Shown here piece by piece: positions 27,647-36,103 of a DNA stretch of 50,862 nt. The stretch is from a virus. Its lineage: Duplodnaviria > Caudoviricetes. The number at the start of each line of letters is the position of its first letter. The stretch's first letter is position 1. The DNA lies in the IMG/VR virus record IMGVR_UViG_3300031566_000057, positions 1 through 50,862 of that record; one strand, given 5' to 3'. The notes under the pieces were generated by a model that saw nothing but the letters and a program-made list of their open reading frames with translations, was not told the origin of the DNA and made no database searches. A program made the translations under genes and the position numbers.

Positions 27647-28463
27647 CCTGGTGATCGTGTCTGATTTGCACTGCGGGTGCAGACTGGGCCTGTGTCCGCC
27701 TGGGGATATTCCCCTGGATGATGGGGGCACGTACAAGCAGAGCAAGCTACAAGCGAAGGTGTGGAAGTGGTGGATAGAGTTCTGGACGAAGTGGCTGCCC
27801 GAAGCCAGTCGCCACGAGCCCTACGCTGTTGTTGTCAACGGGGATTCGCTGGACGGTGTTCACCACAACTCGACCACGCAAATCTCCCACAGCCTGAAGG
27901 ATCAGGCCGGGATTGCTGCGAGCATCTTATCGCCTGTGGCGGCACAGTGCAAGGGCAGATTCTACATGACGCGAGGAACTGAGGCGCATGTTGGTCCTAG
28001 TGCGGTAGAGGACGAGCGGCTTGCAGAGAAGCTGGCTGCTGTCCCCGATGAACAGGGGCGGCACGCGCGGTATGAACTTTGGTTCAAGCTGGGAAGCGGC
28101 TTGATTCACGTCATGCACACAATCGGCACTTCGGGTTCCATGCACTACGAGTCAACGGCGGTGATGAAAGAGCTTGTGGATGAGTACGTTGAAGCCGGGA
28201 AGAACAGGCTCCAGCCCCCGGACGTAACGGTGCGATCCCACCGGCACAGGCTCCTGGAGGTGCGCGTGCCCACACGTCTTGGATATGGGATCTCCTTCAC
28301 AACCCCCAGCTGGCAACTCAAGACCCCTTACACCTACAGGTTGGCTGGGGCGCGCGTGTCAACTCCCCAGATCGGGGGAAGTCTGATCCGCCAGGGGGAC
28401 GAGGACCTGTACACCCGACATCGTACATGGCACATCGAGAGGACGAAGGCGGTGACGCTATGA
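27627..28463 (+). CDS. Calcineurin-like metallophosphoesterase
   Basis: SDLHCG, NGDSLDG, RGTEAH, MH, RSHRH. Confidence 0.8.
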   Translation: MAERINNLVIVSDLHCGCRLGLCPPGDIPLDDGGTYKQSKLQAKVWKWWIEFWTKWLPEASRHEPYAVVVNGDSLDGVHHNSTTQISHSLKDQAGIAASILSPVAAQCKGRFYMTRGTEAHVGPSAVEDERLAEKLAAVPDEQGRHARYELWFKLGSGLIHVMHTIGTSGSMHYESTAVMKELVDEYVEAGKNRLQPPDVTVRSHRHRLLEVRVPTRLGYGISFTTPSWQLKTPYTYRLAGARVSTPQIGGSLIRQGDEDLYTRHRTWHIERTKAVTL

Positions 28464-28729
28464 GCAAAGACACGGTCACGGAAGATGAATGGCGGGCGGC
28501 GCTGGCCGAGGCGACGAAAATGGAACATCAAGATCCCGGCCCAGGGTGGAAAAGCAATCTAGAGCTTGCTAGTTTGGTGGGCCTATCACGACAGCGCATG
28601 CGCGCCAAGCTGGCGGCCTTAGACAAAGCCGGGCAGCTCGAGACTGCGATGCGGACCAAATTGGACACGCGGGGTCGCAGGTATGCCCATCCCGTCTACC
28701 GCCTCAAGAAACCTAGCAAGGGAGAATGA
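28460..28729 (+). CDS. Winged-helix DNA-binding protein
   Basis: ELASLVGLSRQRMRAKL...G; follows the phosphoesterase. Confidence 0.6.
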   Translation: MSKDTVTEDEWRAALAEATKMEHQDPGPGWKSNLELASLVGLSRQRMRAKLAALDKAGQLETAMRTKLDTRGRRYAHPVYRLKKPSKGE

Positions 28730-28732
28730 GCA

Positions 28733-28945
28733 ATGGCAAAGATAGTGACTGCAAAGGTGTGGAAACAGGACATGCCGAAGACAAACACCAAGAAGGCCGA
28801 GACGCTCTGGGATATTTGGTTCCTGAATGATGGCGGAAGGTGGGCAGTGCAGGGAACCTATGACACCCAGGACGAGGCCGAACAGGCGGTGGACAGCCCC
28901 CGCAGCGTCATAGTTGAGGTGCCCCTTCCCGAGATGGAATACTGA
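28733..28945 (+). CDS. Hypothetical protein
   Basis: GGAG RBS. Confidence 0.55.
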   Translation: MAKIVTAKVWKQDMPKTNTKKAETLWDIWFLNDGGRWAVQGTYDTQDEAEQAVDSPRSVIVEVPLPEMEY

Positions 28946-28960
28946 CCCAGGAGAATAGCA

Positions 28961-29236
28961 ATGGCAAAGGATGTGGAAAAGCGGCTGGTGGTGCTGGAAT
29001 CCAAGGCCGAGTGCGCTGCCAATGTCCATCGGTGGAGCGCGTGTGTGGTTGTCAAGTCGTTAGGGAAGTGTCCTCGCCGCCGCAATAAGTTTGGGATCGC
29101 CCACGAAGACCGCCGAGTAAGGGTCTGGCAGAATTGTACCCGTTGCTGGCATGAACGGACAAAGGAGCTTTGGGCTGAGGATGGACGGGAACTGAAGGCA
29201 CTGGGGAAGCTCATCAGGGAATGGCAAGGCAACTGA
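28961..29236 (+). CDS. Hypothetical Cys/His protein
   Basis: AGGAG RBS; C...HRW...CTRC. Confidence 0.55.
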   Translation: MAKDVEKRLVVLESKAECAANVHRWSACVVVKSLGKCPRRRNKFGIAHEDRRVRVWQNCTRCWHERTKELWAEDGRELKALGKLIREWQGN

Positions 29237-29261
29237 CCCCCAGCACGGCCAGGGAGGGCCG

Positions 29262-29462
29262 ATGACGAACACAGAATCAGCATGGCAGAGGCTCACTGAG
29301 ATCCAGAGGCGCAGGGTAAAGCTGTACCTCATGGGCTTCTCACAGAGGCAGATCGCAGCGACAGAGGGGGTGACGCAACAGGCAATCTGGGATACCCTGA
29401 CAAGGGCCTACAAGAAAATACCTGCTTTAAGGACAGTGGTTTACGACTGGCAGAGACTCTAA
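29262..29462 (+). CDS. sigma70 region-4/LuxR-like HTH regulator; candidate late activator
   Basis: LTEIQRRRVKLYLMGFSQRQIAATEGVTQQAIWDTLTRAYKKI. Confidence 0.75.
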   Translation: MTNTESAWQRLTEIQRRRVKLYLMGFSQRQIAATEGVTQQAIWDTLTRAYKKIPALRTVVYDWQRL

Positions 29463-29501
29463 ATGCCTTGTCAAATTCCGTATAGGTAGAGAGAGAACCC
29501 T

Positions 29502-29768
29502 ATGCGGATGGTATCCTGTGACAACTGCGGGCGCGAGGTTAAGGCATCAAGAACTCGTTGCCCGCACTGCAATTACTGGTTCGTCCACCCCACCTACGGC
29601 GATGTTCGCCACGATCCGGCCACGGTCCCCTTGTCCACGCGAAAGGATCCGGCCCGGCCGGACGAGATAGCTCAAGCGAAGGAGGATGGCTGCTGCCCCA
29701 GGTGTGAGACGAACGGTGATTTCGTAGACATAGGCGGGCGCTGCGTCAGGTGCGGCTTCTCGTACTAA
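29502..29768 (+). CDS. Double Zn-ribbon protein
   Basis: CDNC, CPHC, CPRC, CVRC. Confidence 0.6.
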   Translation: MRMVSCDNCGREVKASRTRCPHCNYWFVHPTYGDVRHDPATVPLSTRKDPARPDEIAQAKEDGCCPRCETNGDFVDIGGRCVRCGFSY

Positions 29769-29789
29769 CCCCCGCGCTGAGGCGGGGGT
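29769..29789. terminator. Hairpin between convergent operons
   Basis: CCCCCGC-gctgag-GCGGGGG. Confidence 0.45.
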
Positions 29790-29817
29790 GACTGATTGAA
29801 AACTCGGTTGCAGATGG

Positions 29818-30123
29818 TCAGGGCTTGGCCTTGGCGATCGCGGCACGGGCAGCTATGCAGGCTTTCTTCACAGCAACCATGCCCGCCGAGGCGCTGTGCG
29901 TGGAGCAGGCATCAGAGGCCACGGTCGCAAGATTCTCGCACGCTGTCAGCAGATCATCATGGGCGTTGCAGGCACGGGCAATGAACCGCATGTAAGCATC
30001 GCCCTGCTCGATGAAGGCCCTGATATTGCCTCCGTGGCTGTTAGAGCAGACATGATGGCCGTTGGCGTCGAGGATTTCGCGGCCCTCGGATCGCCAGGGA
30101 AGATTCAACGCTGTCTTGCTCAT
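29818..30123 (-). CDS. Small early phage protein (PW...FIARACNAHDDLL...ARAAIAKA family)
   Basis: Widespread phage motif set; AAGGAG RBS. Confidence 0.7.
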   Translation of the reverse strand: MSKTALNLPWRSEGREILDANGHHVCSNSHGGNIRAFIEQGDAYMRFIARACNAHDDLLTACENLATVASDACSTHSASAGMVAVKKACIAARAAIAKAKP

Positions 30124-30329
30124 GCTGTTGCTCCTTTCTTGGCCTTGGCGATAGCGGCGAGGGTGCCCTCAAAGAAGGCGCAAAACTCGCCGTCGCTTGA
30201 CTTGCTCAAGAAGCCCTGCGCTGCTTGGTGTGCATCACAGGGGAAGTAATCAAGCCACATAGGATGTTGGCTAAAACACCAGTGGCAACATTGGCCGCAC
30301 GACTGTTTGGGCTGTTCGGGTTCGCTCAT
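30120..30329 (-). CDS. Small Cys-rich early protein with AAIAKAK tail
   Basis: CGQCCHW..C..C; AGGAG RBS. Confidence 0.55.
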   Translation of the reverse strand: MSEPEQPKQSCGQCCHWCFSQHPMWLDYFPCDAHQAAQGFLSKSSDGEFCAFFEGTLAAIAKAKKGATA

Positions 30330-30526
30330 CTTCTGCTCTCCTGACCGCGTTGGAGGACATCCTCGACGTGGTGGATTTGATTTTCCAAGTCTCGGCGCAG
30401 TTCTGCGCGCCAGTCGGCTGCCCGGTTGATGGCCACCCACAAGGCCGCTCCAGTGCTGTCCAGTTGGTCTTGAAGGGCCTGGATTCTGTCCTCTAGGGCA
30501 CTGATCTGCTCTGCTGTCTTGCTCAT
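30326..30526 (-). CDS. Small coiled-coil early protein
   Basis: GAGGAG RBS; heptads. Confidence 0.6.
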   Translation of the reverse strand: MSKTAEQISALEDRIQALQDQLDSTGAALWVAINRAADWRAELRRDLENQIHHVEDVLQRGQESRR

Positions 30527-30672
30527 GGTGTTGCTCCTCATCTGCGGGCCTGCTGGCCCTGGGTCACTGCCCTGCCATTTGATTCTGCACGGTTCTCAGT
30601 CAAATGGCCGTCAAATAGGACCATCCCGGCCCATCCCCTCACCCTCCGCAGAGGGATCGGGGGCGGGTCGCG

Positions 30673-30861
30673 CTAGTTGACCAGCTCGGCCGTGCCTACT
30701 ATGTTTCCGTTGAGATTACAGAGCGGAACTTCGCCCAGCCTTCCCAACCTTGACCAGTCGCTGGCCAATGTGTCCGCCAGTTCTCGGAGGATGCGGGCGA
30801 CCTCAACGCCACGGTGATCCTCGAACGCTGCATTGTCGGTGTCGATCTTGATCTGCAACAT
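30673..30861 (-). CDS. Conserved small phage protein (DNAAFED..EVARILR..NGN.VG)
   Basis: Recognisable motif; AAGGAG RBS. Confidence 0.7.
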   Translation of the reverse strand: MLQIKIDTDNAAFEDHRGVEVARILRELADTLASDWSRLGRLGEVPLCNLNGNIVGTAELVN

Positions 30862-30867
30862 AGCTCG

Positions 30868-31065
30868 TCACTCCTTCTCTGTGCTGTTGGCCTTGGCGAT
30901 AGCGGCGCGGGCTTCGTGCCTGATGGCCCTGCGACAGCGCCGGCGGATTAACTGTGTCAGAATGCGGTCAAGTACGGCCCTCGCCTGTTCTGCCTCATCA
31001 TTGCCAATACTGGCCAACTGCCCGAGAGCGGCAATCGCAGTTTCCAGGGCCGTTTCGCGGGTCAT
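30868..31065 (-). CDS. Small early protein with ARAAIAKA tail
   Basis: AAGGAG RBS in repeated leader. Confidence 0.6.
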   Translation of the reverse strand: MTRETALETAIAALGQLASIGNDEAEQARAVLDRILTQLIRRRCRRAIRHEARAAIAKANSTEKE

Positions 31066-31087
31066 AGCTGTGTCTCCTTGTGCTGGG

Positions 31088-31312
31088 TTAGTCACTTGTC
31101 GGGCGCTTGATAGCGCGGACACTCTCGATCTCGTCAAGCTCATAGACTGTTCGGTCCACGAACTCCCAGGCGCACGGCCGCAGCTCTGATCGCGTCAGCT
31201 TACGTGGCACCCAAAACTCGAACGGTGTCCCAAGGGCGACAGCGCGATACCACTGACCGGCGACCATCCCGTCGGTGGTGTTGTAGCTCCACGGCGTTGG
31301 ATAGGTTGTCAT
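31088..31312 (-). CDS. Small early protein
   Basis: AAGGAG RBS in repeated leader. Confidence 0.6.
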   Translation of the reverse strand: MTTYPTPWSYNTTDGMVAGQWYRAVALGTPFEFWVPRKLTRSELRPCAWEFVDRTVYELDEIESVRAIKRPTSD

Positions 31313-31335
31313 AGCTCGTCTCCTTGTGCTGTAGG

Positions 31336-31509
31336 TTAGTCGTGTAGTGATGGATACCAGCGACGAGCAAACCTAGCTGCCGCTGCGGGGCTGTCGCCTT
31401 CGTCGTAGAACTCGGTCAGGATGTACTCCAGCGAGGGCAGGTCGTCAGGCTCAAGATTTCTGACTGCATGGAGGTACGCCGTGATCCACTTTGTGCGTGT
31501 CTGTTCCAT
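31336..31509 (-). CDS. First small early protein of the leftward operon
   Basis: AGGAG RBS; FYDEGDSPAAAA. Confidence 0.6.
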   Translation of the reverse strand: MEQTRTKWITAYLHAVRNLEPDDLPSLEYILTEFYDEGDSPAAAARFARRWYPSLHD

Positions 31510-31524
31510 GACTGTGACTCCTGT

Positions 31525-31624
31525 AAAAAAACAAGCCCCCCGCCAGGCGGTGACACAATGCAACCGGGGTCGCTTTGTGAACCTGACGGGAGGCATGTAG
31601 GTTTGTCGTCTGCATTGCGTCACC
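31525..31624 (-). promoter_or_regulatory. Structured 5' leader; two-state attenuator candidate
   Basis: Two interleaved long helices with G-U wobbles on the minus strand, then a U7 tract. Confidence 0.6.
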
Positions 31625-31630
31625 ATGGGT

Positions 31631-31660
31631 ATTATCGACTGGACCAAGTGTCCACGTCAA
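31631..31660 (-). promoter_or_regulatory. sigma70 promoter of the leftward operon with palindrome in the spacer
   Basis: TTGACG-18 bp-GATAAT; TGGAC-N5-GTCCA at 31640-31654. Confidence 0.7.
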
Positions 31661-31694
31661 GCACAAAATGAGAAATACTTGCAGATTGTGGTAA

Positions 31695-32234
31695 ATGACT
31701 GAGACACAAGAGATTGCAGCAGCACAAGCGCTGGCGTTGCAGGAGGCCGCAGCAGCAGAGCGCAAGGCCAAGCTTGAGCTTGCCGTGGTGGGTGTGCTGC
31801 CCAAAAAGGACCGGGCGCTGGCTTGTCTGGCTGCTGGTGGGCTTGTGCGCGAGGCTGCTGAGTTTGCTGGCGTGAGTGCGGAGACCCTGCGGCGCTGGCG
31901 TCATGCTGATGCTGACTATGCAGCAGCTTGGGAGCTGGCGTGGCAGGACGGAGCAGACCAGCTCGAAGACACGCTGCAGACCTGCGCAGAGCACGCTTGC
32001 CACGACCCCCGCTATCAGACGAGCCTCATCTTCAGCCTCAAGAACCGTAGACCCGACAGGTGGCGGGACGTTCAGGACTTGCGCCATACTGGCGACATTC
32101 GCCAGAGTCAGACAGACAAGGGGCTGCTGGTGCTGATAAGCCAGGTCAGGGAAGCGATAGTAGGGCCTAAGTTGTTACCGGCGCTGGATGAGGTAGACCC
32201 GCGCCAGGATTCGCAGCAGCAAGCGCCAGAGTAA
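31695..32234 (+). CDS. terS: Terminase small subunit
   Basis: HTH (EAAEFAGVSAETLRRWR), DQLED, LIFSLKNRRPDRWRD; upstream of TerL. Confidence 0.85.
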   Translation: MTETQEIAAAQALALQEAAAAERKAKLELAVVGVLPKKDRALACLAAGGLVREAAEFAGVSAETLRRWRHADADYAAAWELAWQDGADQLEDTLQTCAEHACHDPRYQTSLIFSLKNRRPDRWRDVQDLRHTGDIRQSQTDKGLLVLISQVREAIVGPKLLPALDEVDPRQDSQQQAPE

Positions 32235-32358
32235 GCCTACCGCTGCCAGAATCGACTCACGCCAGCAAGGTGGCCCCTGGGGTGGGTAAGCCCGAGATAA
32301 TCGATCCTGGGGCATCCTGAGCAGCCTCATGGCCTAACAGGGACCGTACAGGGAAGGA

Positions 32359-32586
32359 ATGAGCATGGATGAACGGCTTAAAGAACAGTTTGCGTTCGAG
32401 TTCTCTACTATCGGGGCAGGCCAGGCCGATCTCAAGCGGGCACTTTTCCACATAGGCGCCCGCCTGGACCGCATAGAGGCCAAGCTGGAGAAGCTTATCC
32501 CATCGTGGACTATGGGAAAGCTACTCCCGATGACCGGCGGCGTGGTGGACTGCACTGGCGGCGACCCCTTAGCAGACCTTGACTAG
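32359..32586 (+). CDS. Small coiled-coil protein
   Basis: GGAAGGA RBS; homologous to N-half of 32869..33282. Confidence 0.55.
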   Translation: MSMDERLKEQFAFEFSTIGAGQADLKRALFHIGARLDRIEAKLEKLIPSWTMGKLLPMTGGVVDCTGGDPLADLD

Positions 32587-32667
32587 TGCCAGCAATCACC
32601 GGGGCGATAGACTGTCAAGCTGTAGGGATAAGTGACCCAAGGAATCTATACCGGGAAGGATGGAGCC

Positions 32668-32853
32668 ATGAAACGAGACAACCGCTACCGGCAGGAGCCC
32701 AACCGCAGGCAGGACGATGGGAAGGCACGCTTGGATGCTGTGGAGGCTGAAGAGCCCTGCGCCGAAGTAGCTGGCGAACGGCCCGAGGCTTGCGAGGCTG
32801 AAGCGCAACTCCTGGAAAGCCTGTTCTTTGCAAAGCTTCTGTGCACATTGTAG
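32668..32853 (+). CDS. Small hypothetical protein
   Basis: CCGGGAAGGATGGAGCC leader. Confidence 0.45.
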   Translation: MKRDNRYRQEPNRRQDDGKARLDAVEAEEPCAEVAGERPEACEAEAQLLESLFFAKLLCTL

Positions 32854-32868
32854 GGAAGGAGAACGAGC

Positions 32869-33282
32869 ATGGATGCAGAGCAATTGGCCGAAGAGGTCCA
32901 ATCCATCCGACGGACCCTCATCTACTTAGCGGCCCGTATAGAGAGCGTAGACACCAACTTGGGACTGCTTATCCCCATGTGGCCCACGGACCCGGCCCCC
33001 CATGTCTACAACGGCCCGATCTTGGACAGACCGTTGCCGCAGTCAGCTTCAAAGGTCTCCCCTGCCCCACGGGAATACGATCAGAGGTACAGAAGCCCGC
33101 CCTGTCACTGTACCCGTTGTGAGGCCATTCGGGCGAAGCGCGAAGAGGACAAGGGCAAGCCCTATGTCATGTCCACCGGCTGGGAGGGGTACATCTGGGA
33201 TAGCTGGACCTGTAACGAGCAGGAGGACCATGACCAGTGGCAGCGGGAGCGGGACAGGGCTTCCGGGAAGGATGAAGCATGA
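32869..33282 (+). CDS. Two-module hypothetical protein
   Basis: Coiled-coil module plus PPCxCxRC...GYIWDSWTC module. Confidence 0.6.
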   Translation: MDAEQLAEEVQSIRRTLIYLAARIESVDTNLGLLIPMWPTDPAPHVYNGPILDRPLPQSASKVSPAPREYDQRYRSPPCHCTRCEAIRAKREEDKGKPYVMSTGWEGYIWDSWTCNEQEDHDQWQRERDRASGKDEA

Positions 33283-33506
33283 TTGAACAGAAGACAGTGC
33301 GGCGACCCAGAACCCCGCCTTGCCAATGCACCCGCTGTAAGGGGATCCGGCTGGGCCGGGAAGACCCCAGACCTGAACATCCCTATGAAGGCTTCACGGG
33401 CTATATCTGGGACAGTTGGACCTGTGACGAGCAGGCCGACCAGACGCGGCGGCAGAACATGGGGCTTGAATTCACAATCGAGTGGTATGGCGAGGATGAA
33501 ACATGA
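33279..33506 (+). CDS. Cys-motif protein, paralog of C-half of 32869..33282
   Basis: PPCQCTRC...GYIWDSWTC. Confidence 0.6.
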   Translation: MIEQKTVRRPRTPPCQCTRCKGIRLGREDPRPEHPYEGFTGYIWDSWTCDEQADQTRRQNMGLEFTIEWYGEDET

Positions 33507-33736
33507 ACGAGCGGCACGTCTACTTCTGCTGCGTTTGTCATGTTGGGCAGGTAGGGGAACCCGGCTTGGTCTACACCAAGGGGGGCTATTACCCACCCCC
33601 GATAGGCTGGTGGGTATGGGAGAGCGGGGGCGATAGGCAGCCGCATCAGGCGTGTTCTGTACGATGCAAAGAGGCATGGATGAACAAACCCAGCAACTCA
33701 GCCATTTTCAAGCATGACATGGACCGGGAAGGATGA
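33503..33736 (+). CDS. Small Zn-finger protein
   Basis: CCVC...PPIGW...CSVRC. Confidence 0.55.
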   Translation: MNERHVYFCCVCHVGQVGEPGLVYTKGGYYPPPIGWWVWESGGDRQPHQACSVRCKEAWMNKPSNSAIFKHDMDREG

Positions 33737-33739
33737 AGC

Positions 33740-33943
33740 ATGAGCGGCCATGACCTCAAGAGCCTTTTCGGGCTTGAGTATGACCTTCGCGGGATAGCAT
33801 GGTACGCCTGCAAGCGCGCCTGTCCCTACGGAGACCCGCCAGGATTCGTTGCTGAGGAATGCAGCCTGGATTGCCCCGGCTTCGAGTCGCTGATGGCGTC
33901 ATGGGGGAAGGAACCGGATGTCCCATGCCAAGCTGCTCCTTGA
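33740..33943 (+). CDS. Small Cys-rich protein
   Basis: Repeated leader; CKRACPY..CSLDCP. Confidence 0.5.
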   Translation: MSGHDLKSLFGLEYDLRGIAWYACKRACPYGDPPGFVAEECSLDCPGFESLMASWGKEPDVPCQAAP

Positions 33944-35684
33944 CTGCCTACCCAGGAACCCCGCCGACAACCTCGACTCCCGCGAGCGCATGTTACGTCT
34001 TCCCAGGAAGTGCAGGGAAGCCCAGCTTCGTGCTTGTGAAGAGGCTTCTGCTTACGGCTTCCTCTACTGGTTGAATGCCTTTGGCTGGACCTACGACCCC
34101 CGCAACAAGAAGACTGGGGGCAAGGTCATCCCCTTCTGCACTTGGGACATTCAAGATAGAGCAGGCACAGAACTCTGGAACGCGATAGACCAGGGGCATG
34201 ACATACTGCTCGACAAGTCAAGGGACATGGGGGCTTCGTGGTTAAGTGTTGCTGCATTGGTATGGTGGTGGCTGTTCGTACCCCAGACACCCCTACTGGT
34301 AGCATCGAGGAAGGAAGACTATGTTGACGCGGCTGGGAACCCGGACTCCTTGTTCTGGAAGATTGACTTTCTCGTGGACCATCTACCCCCCTGGATGGCC
34401 CCAAAGGGACGAACACGTCGTCACATGCACCTCGGACACCCTTCTGGAAGTGTCATCGACGGAGAATCCACTAACGTGGACCTGGGCCGAGGTGGGCGTC
34501 GGAAAGCCATACTTCTCGATGAGTTTGCAGCCGTAGAGAATGGCCGGGAAATCCTCTCTGCTACTGCCGACGCTACCCCCTGTAGAATCTTCAACTCCAC
34601 TCCCAAGGGTAGAGCAAATGCTTTCGCGGAGGTGCGGTTCTCCGGCAAGGTGCAGGTAGTCACACTCCACTGGAAGGACCATCCGCTCAAAGGTAAGGAC
34701 AAGCGCGAGGTTGAAGTCGATGGCAAGAAAACCTGGACATCCCCCTGGTACGAAGCAGAGTGCGCCAGAAGGACCAGCCGCAAGGAAATCGCCCAAGAGA
34801 TTGACATCGACTATCTTGCTTCCGGGGATGCCTTCTTCGATCTCGATGTTTTGCAGAGGATGCGCATTACGGGGGTGTTGCGAAAACCTGCACAAACGGG
34901 TGAGCTCCGCTTCAAGGTAAAGACCCAGGTAGAGGGAGTCTCATACAAGTTGACCGACCCCCAGTGGGTGCCAGATGGAGGGCGGCGTCGGCTAGCGCTG
35001 TGGTGCCCACTGGTGGACGGTCGGCCCTTGCAGAACAGGAACTACGTCGTCTTCTGCGATATAGCGCATGGGACGGGGGCCAGTAACTCCGCGATCAAGG
35101 TCTACGCGGTCAACCCAAGGGAAGAGGTGGGTTCGTTCGTCTGCCCCGATACCCCACCCCACGAGTTGGCTAGGTACGCCGTAGCGCTTTGTAAGTGGTT
35201 CGGGGGGATCGTACCAGTCCTGATGGGCTGGGAAGCCAACGGACCCGGTGGGATATTCGGACTTGAGGTGTACCGCCTCGGCTACCGCTTTGTGTTGGGG
35301 AACGTGAATCCGAGTATCCCCTGGAGCCCCCAAGACAACAAGATCGGCTGGAGCAGCACCCAGGAGAAGAAGGAGAGCCTATTAGGTGATCTCCGGGGCG
35401 CGTGGGCCAGGGATGAACTGGTCCTCCACGACGAAGCAGTTGTGACTGAGGCGGAGCAGTACATCCGCTACCCCTCTAACAGCATTGGCCCAGCACAGAT
35501 GGTGGAGGACACTTCAGGCGCAAGAGCGGCGCATGGGGATAGGGTCATTGCTACAGCGGGTATTCTCCTGTGCCTGAAACAACAGCCCACGGTGAAAGCG
35601 ACCCCGCCGAAGCCGGAGGAGGGCTCGTTTGCGGACAGGTGGCGGTGGAAGAAGCAGAAGGACAAGGCAACTAGGGACTGGTAA
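33918..35684 (+). CDS. terL: Terminase large subunit
   Basis: KSRDMGASW Walker A, ILLDEFA Walker B, NSTP, nuclease CDIAHG, WEANGPG, HGDRVIA. Confidence 0.93.
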   Translation: MSHAKLLLDCLPRNPADNLDSRERMLRLPRKCREAQLRACEEASAYGFLYWLNAFGWTYDPRNKKTGGKVIPFCTWDIQDRAGTELWNAIDQGHDILLDKSRDMGASWLSVAALVWWWLFVPQTPLLVASRKEDYVDAAGNPDSLFWKIDFLVDHLPPWMAPKGRTRRHMHLGHPSGSVIDGESTNVDLGRGGRRKAILLDEFAAVENGREILSATADATPCRIFNSTPKGRANAFAEVRFSGKVQVVTLHWKDHPLKGKDKREVEVDGKKTWTSPWYEAECARRTSRKEIAQEIDIDYLASGDAFFDLDVLQRMRITGVLRKPAQTGELRFKVKTQVEGVSYKLTDPQWVPDGGRRRLALWCPLVDGRPLQNRNYVVFCDIAHGTGASNSAIKVYAVNPREEVGSFVCPDTPPHELARYAVALCKWFGGIVPVLMGWEANGPGGIFGLEVYRLGYRFVLGNVNPSIPWSPQDNKIGWSSTQEKKESLLGDLRGAWARDELVLHDEAVVTEAEQYIRYPSNSIGPAQMVEDTSGARAAHGDRVIATAGILLCLKQQPTVKATPPKPEEGSFADRWRWKKQKDKATRDW

Positions 35685-35700
35685 CGGGAAGGAGAGCAGC

Positions 35701-35841
35701 GTGGATAGGTTGGTAGAAATCATTGTACGTGTCCTAGTTGTAAGTATCTTGGTGTTTTGGCCCTGGGTTGTCTTGTTTACCATTCTTCACCTGACCAGGG
35801 CCGGGAAGGGGAATGACCCTACCCCGCCCAGAATGGGTTAA
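35701..35841 (+). CDS. Small single-TM protein
   Basis: GTG after AAGGAG; hydrophobic helix. Confidence 0.5.
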   Translation: MDRLVEIIVRVLVVSILVFWPWVVLFTILHLTRAGKGNDPTPPRMG

Positions 35842-35857
35842 CGGGAAGGACAGGACA

Positions 35858-36088
35858 ATGGCAATATGGGCTATTGTGTTACTGTGCATCGTGGGTTGGA
35901 TCGTCTCCTTTGCAATCAGCTACCCCATCATACGTGCAGCGGGGCGACGGTACCCCAAGGGGTGGACAGTGTCCAGGCGCAGCGAGTCCATTGTGCTCCT
36001 GTTGCTAATGGGCCCCATTGGTATCGTGTTCTCGACTCTCGATTGGCTGACTGAATTGCAAGAGGATGATAGCCCAGCGAGTTGGTAA
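35858..36088 (+). CDS. Small two-TM protein
   Basis: Two hydrophobic helices; motif leader. Confidence 0.55.
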   Translation: MAIWAIVLLCIVGWIVSFAISYPIIRAAGRRYPKGWTVSRRSESIVLLLLMGPIGIVFSTLDWLTELQEDDSPASW

Positions 36089-36103
36089 CGGGAAGGAAAG
36101 ACA

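Noticed and set aside
32235-32355. pac site after terS
   Set aside because: Only position and weak inverted repeats; needs read-end data
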